From NCBI RefSeq assembly GCF_018977255.1, contig NW_024704760.1, forward strand, positions 9,424,001 to 9,488,000: DNA of 64,000 bases, in the 5' to 3' direction. This stretch comes from Callorhinchus milii. Lineage: Eukaryota. Numbering within the stretch: position 1 is the stretch's first letter; each line of letters starts with the position of its first letter. Positions 63,945 to 64,000 of this stretch are shown here, piece by piece. The notes beneath the pieces are model-generated. The model saw only the letters and a program-made list of their open reading frames with translations. It made no database searches and was not told the origin of the DNA. Made by a program: the position numbers and the translations under genes.

Positions 63945-64000
63945 CTATCTCGCTGTCTCTACGACTTGCTCCAGCTCTGACTCTGTACTCTATCTCTGAC

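Noticed and set aside
47536-64000. Next SCUBE3 exon (expected GMNCMNK.HGC...)
   Set aside because: No matching Cys-patterned exon found by eye; presumably beyond the window.

Overview
Vertebrate genomic DNA, almost certainly from a cartilaginous fish and probably a holocephalan, judged from the repeat complement (tRNA/Deu-domain SINEs, L2 and CR1 LINEs, a shark-type Penelope remnant). The only host coding sequence I can support is three symmetric phase-1 EGF-Ca exons on the + strand (23117-23239, 27241-27366, 47315-47449). They match the first three EGF exons of SCUBE3. I did not find the signal-peptide exon or the next EGF exon, so the rest of the window is probably intronic. Nearly all other ORF-track entries are chance ORFs or decayed LINE/SINE pieces. 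I found no convincing new protein-coding system. The best leads are non-coding: a 97-bp tandemly duplicated cassette resembling a poison exon in intron 3; near-identical inverted SINE pairs bracketing the EGF exons; a SINE family that appears to combine CORE-like and Deu domains; repeated L2 insertion at sites matching its (GTT)n tail; a spaced array of YY1-like motifs; a candidate recursive splice site; an unclassified poly(A)-tailed repeat; and a Tigger/pogo-like deletion series. Family names come from recalled consensus sequences, not database searches, and boundaries of old repeats are approximate.
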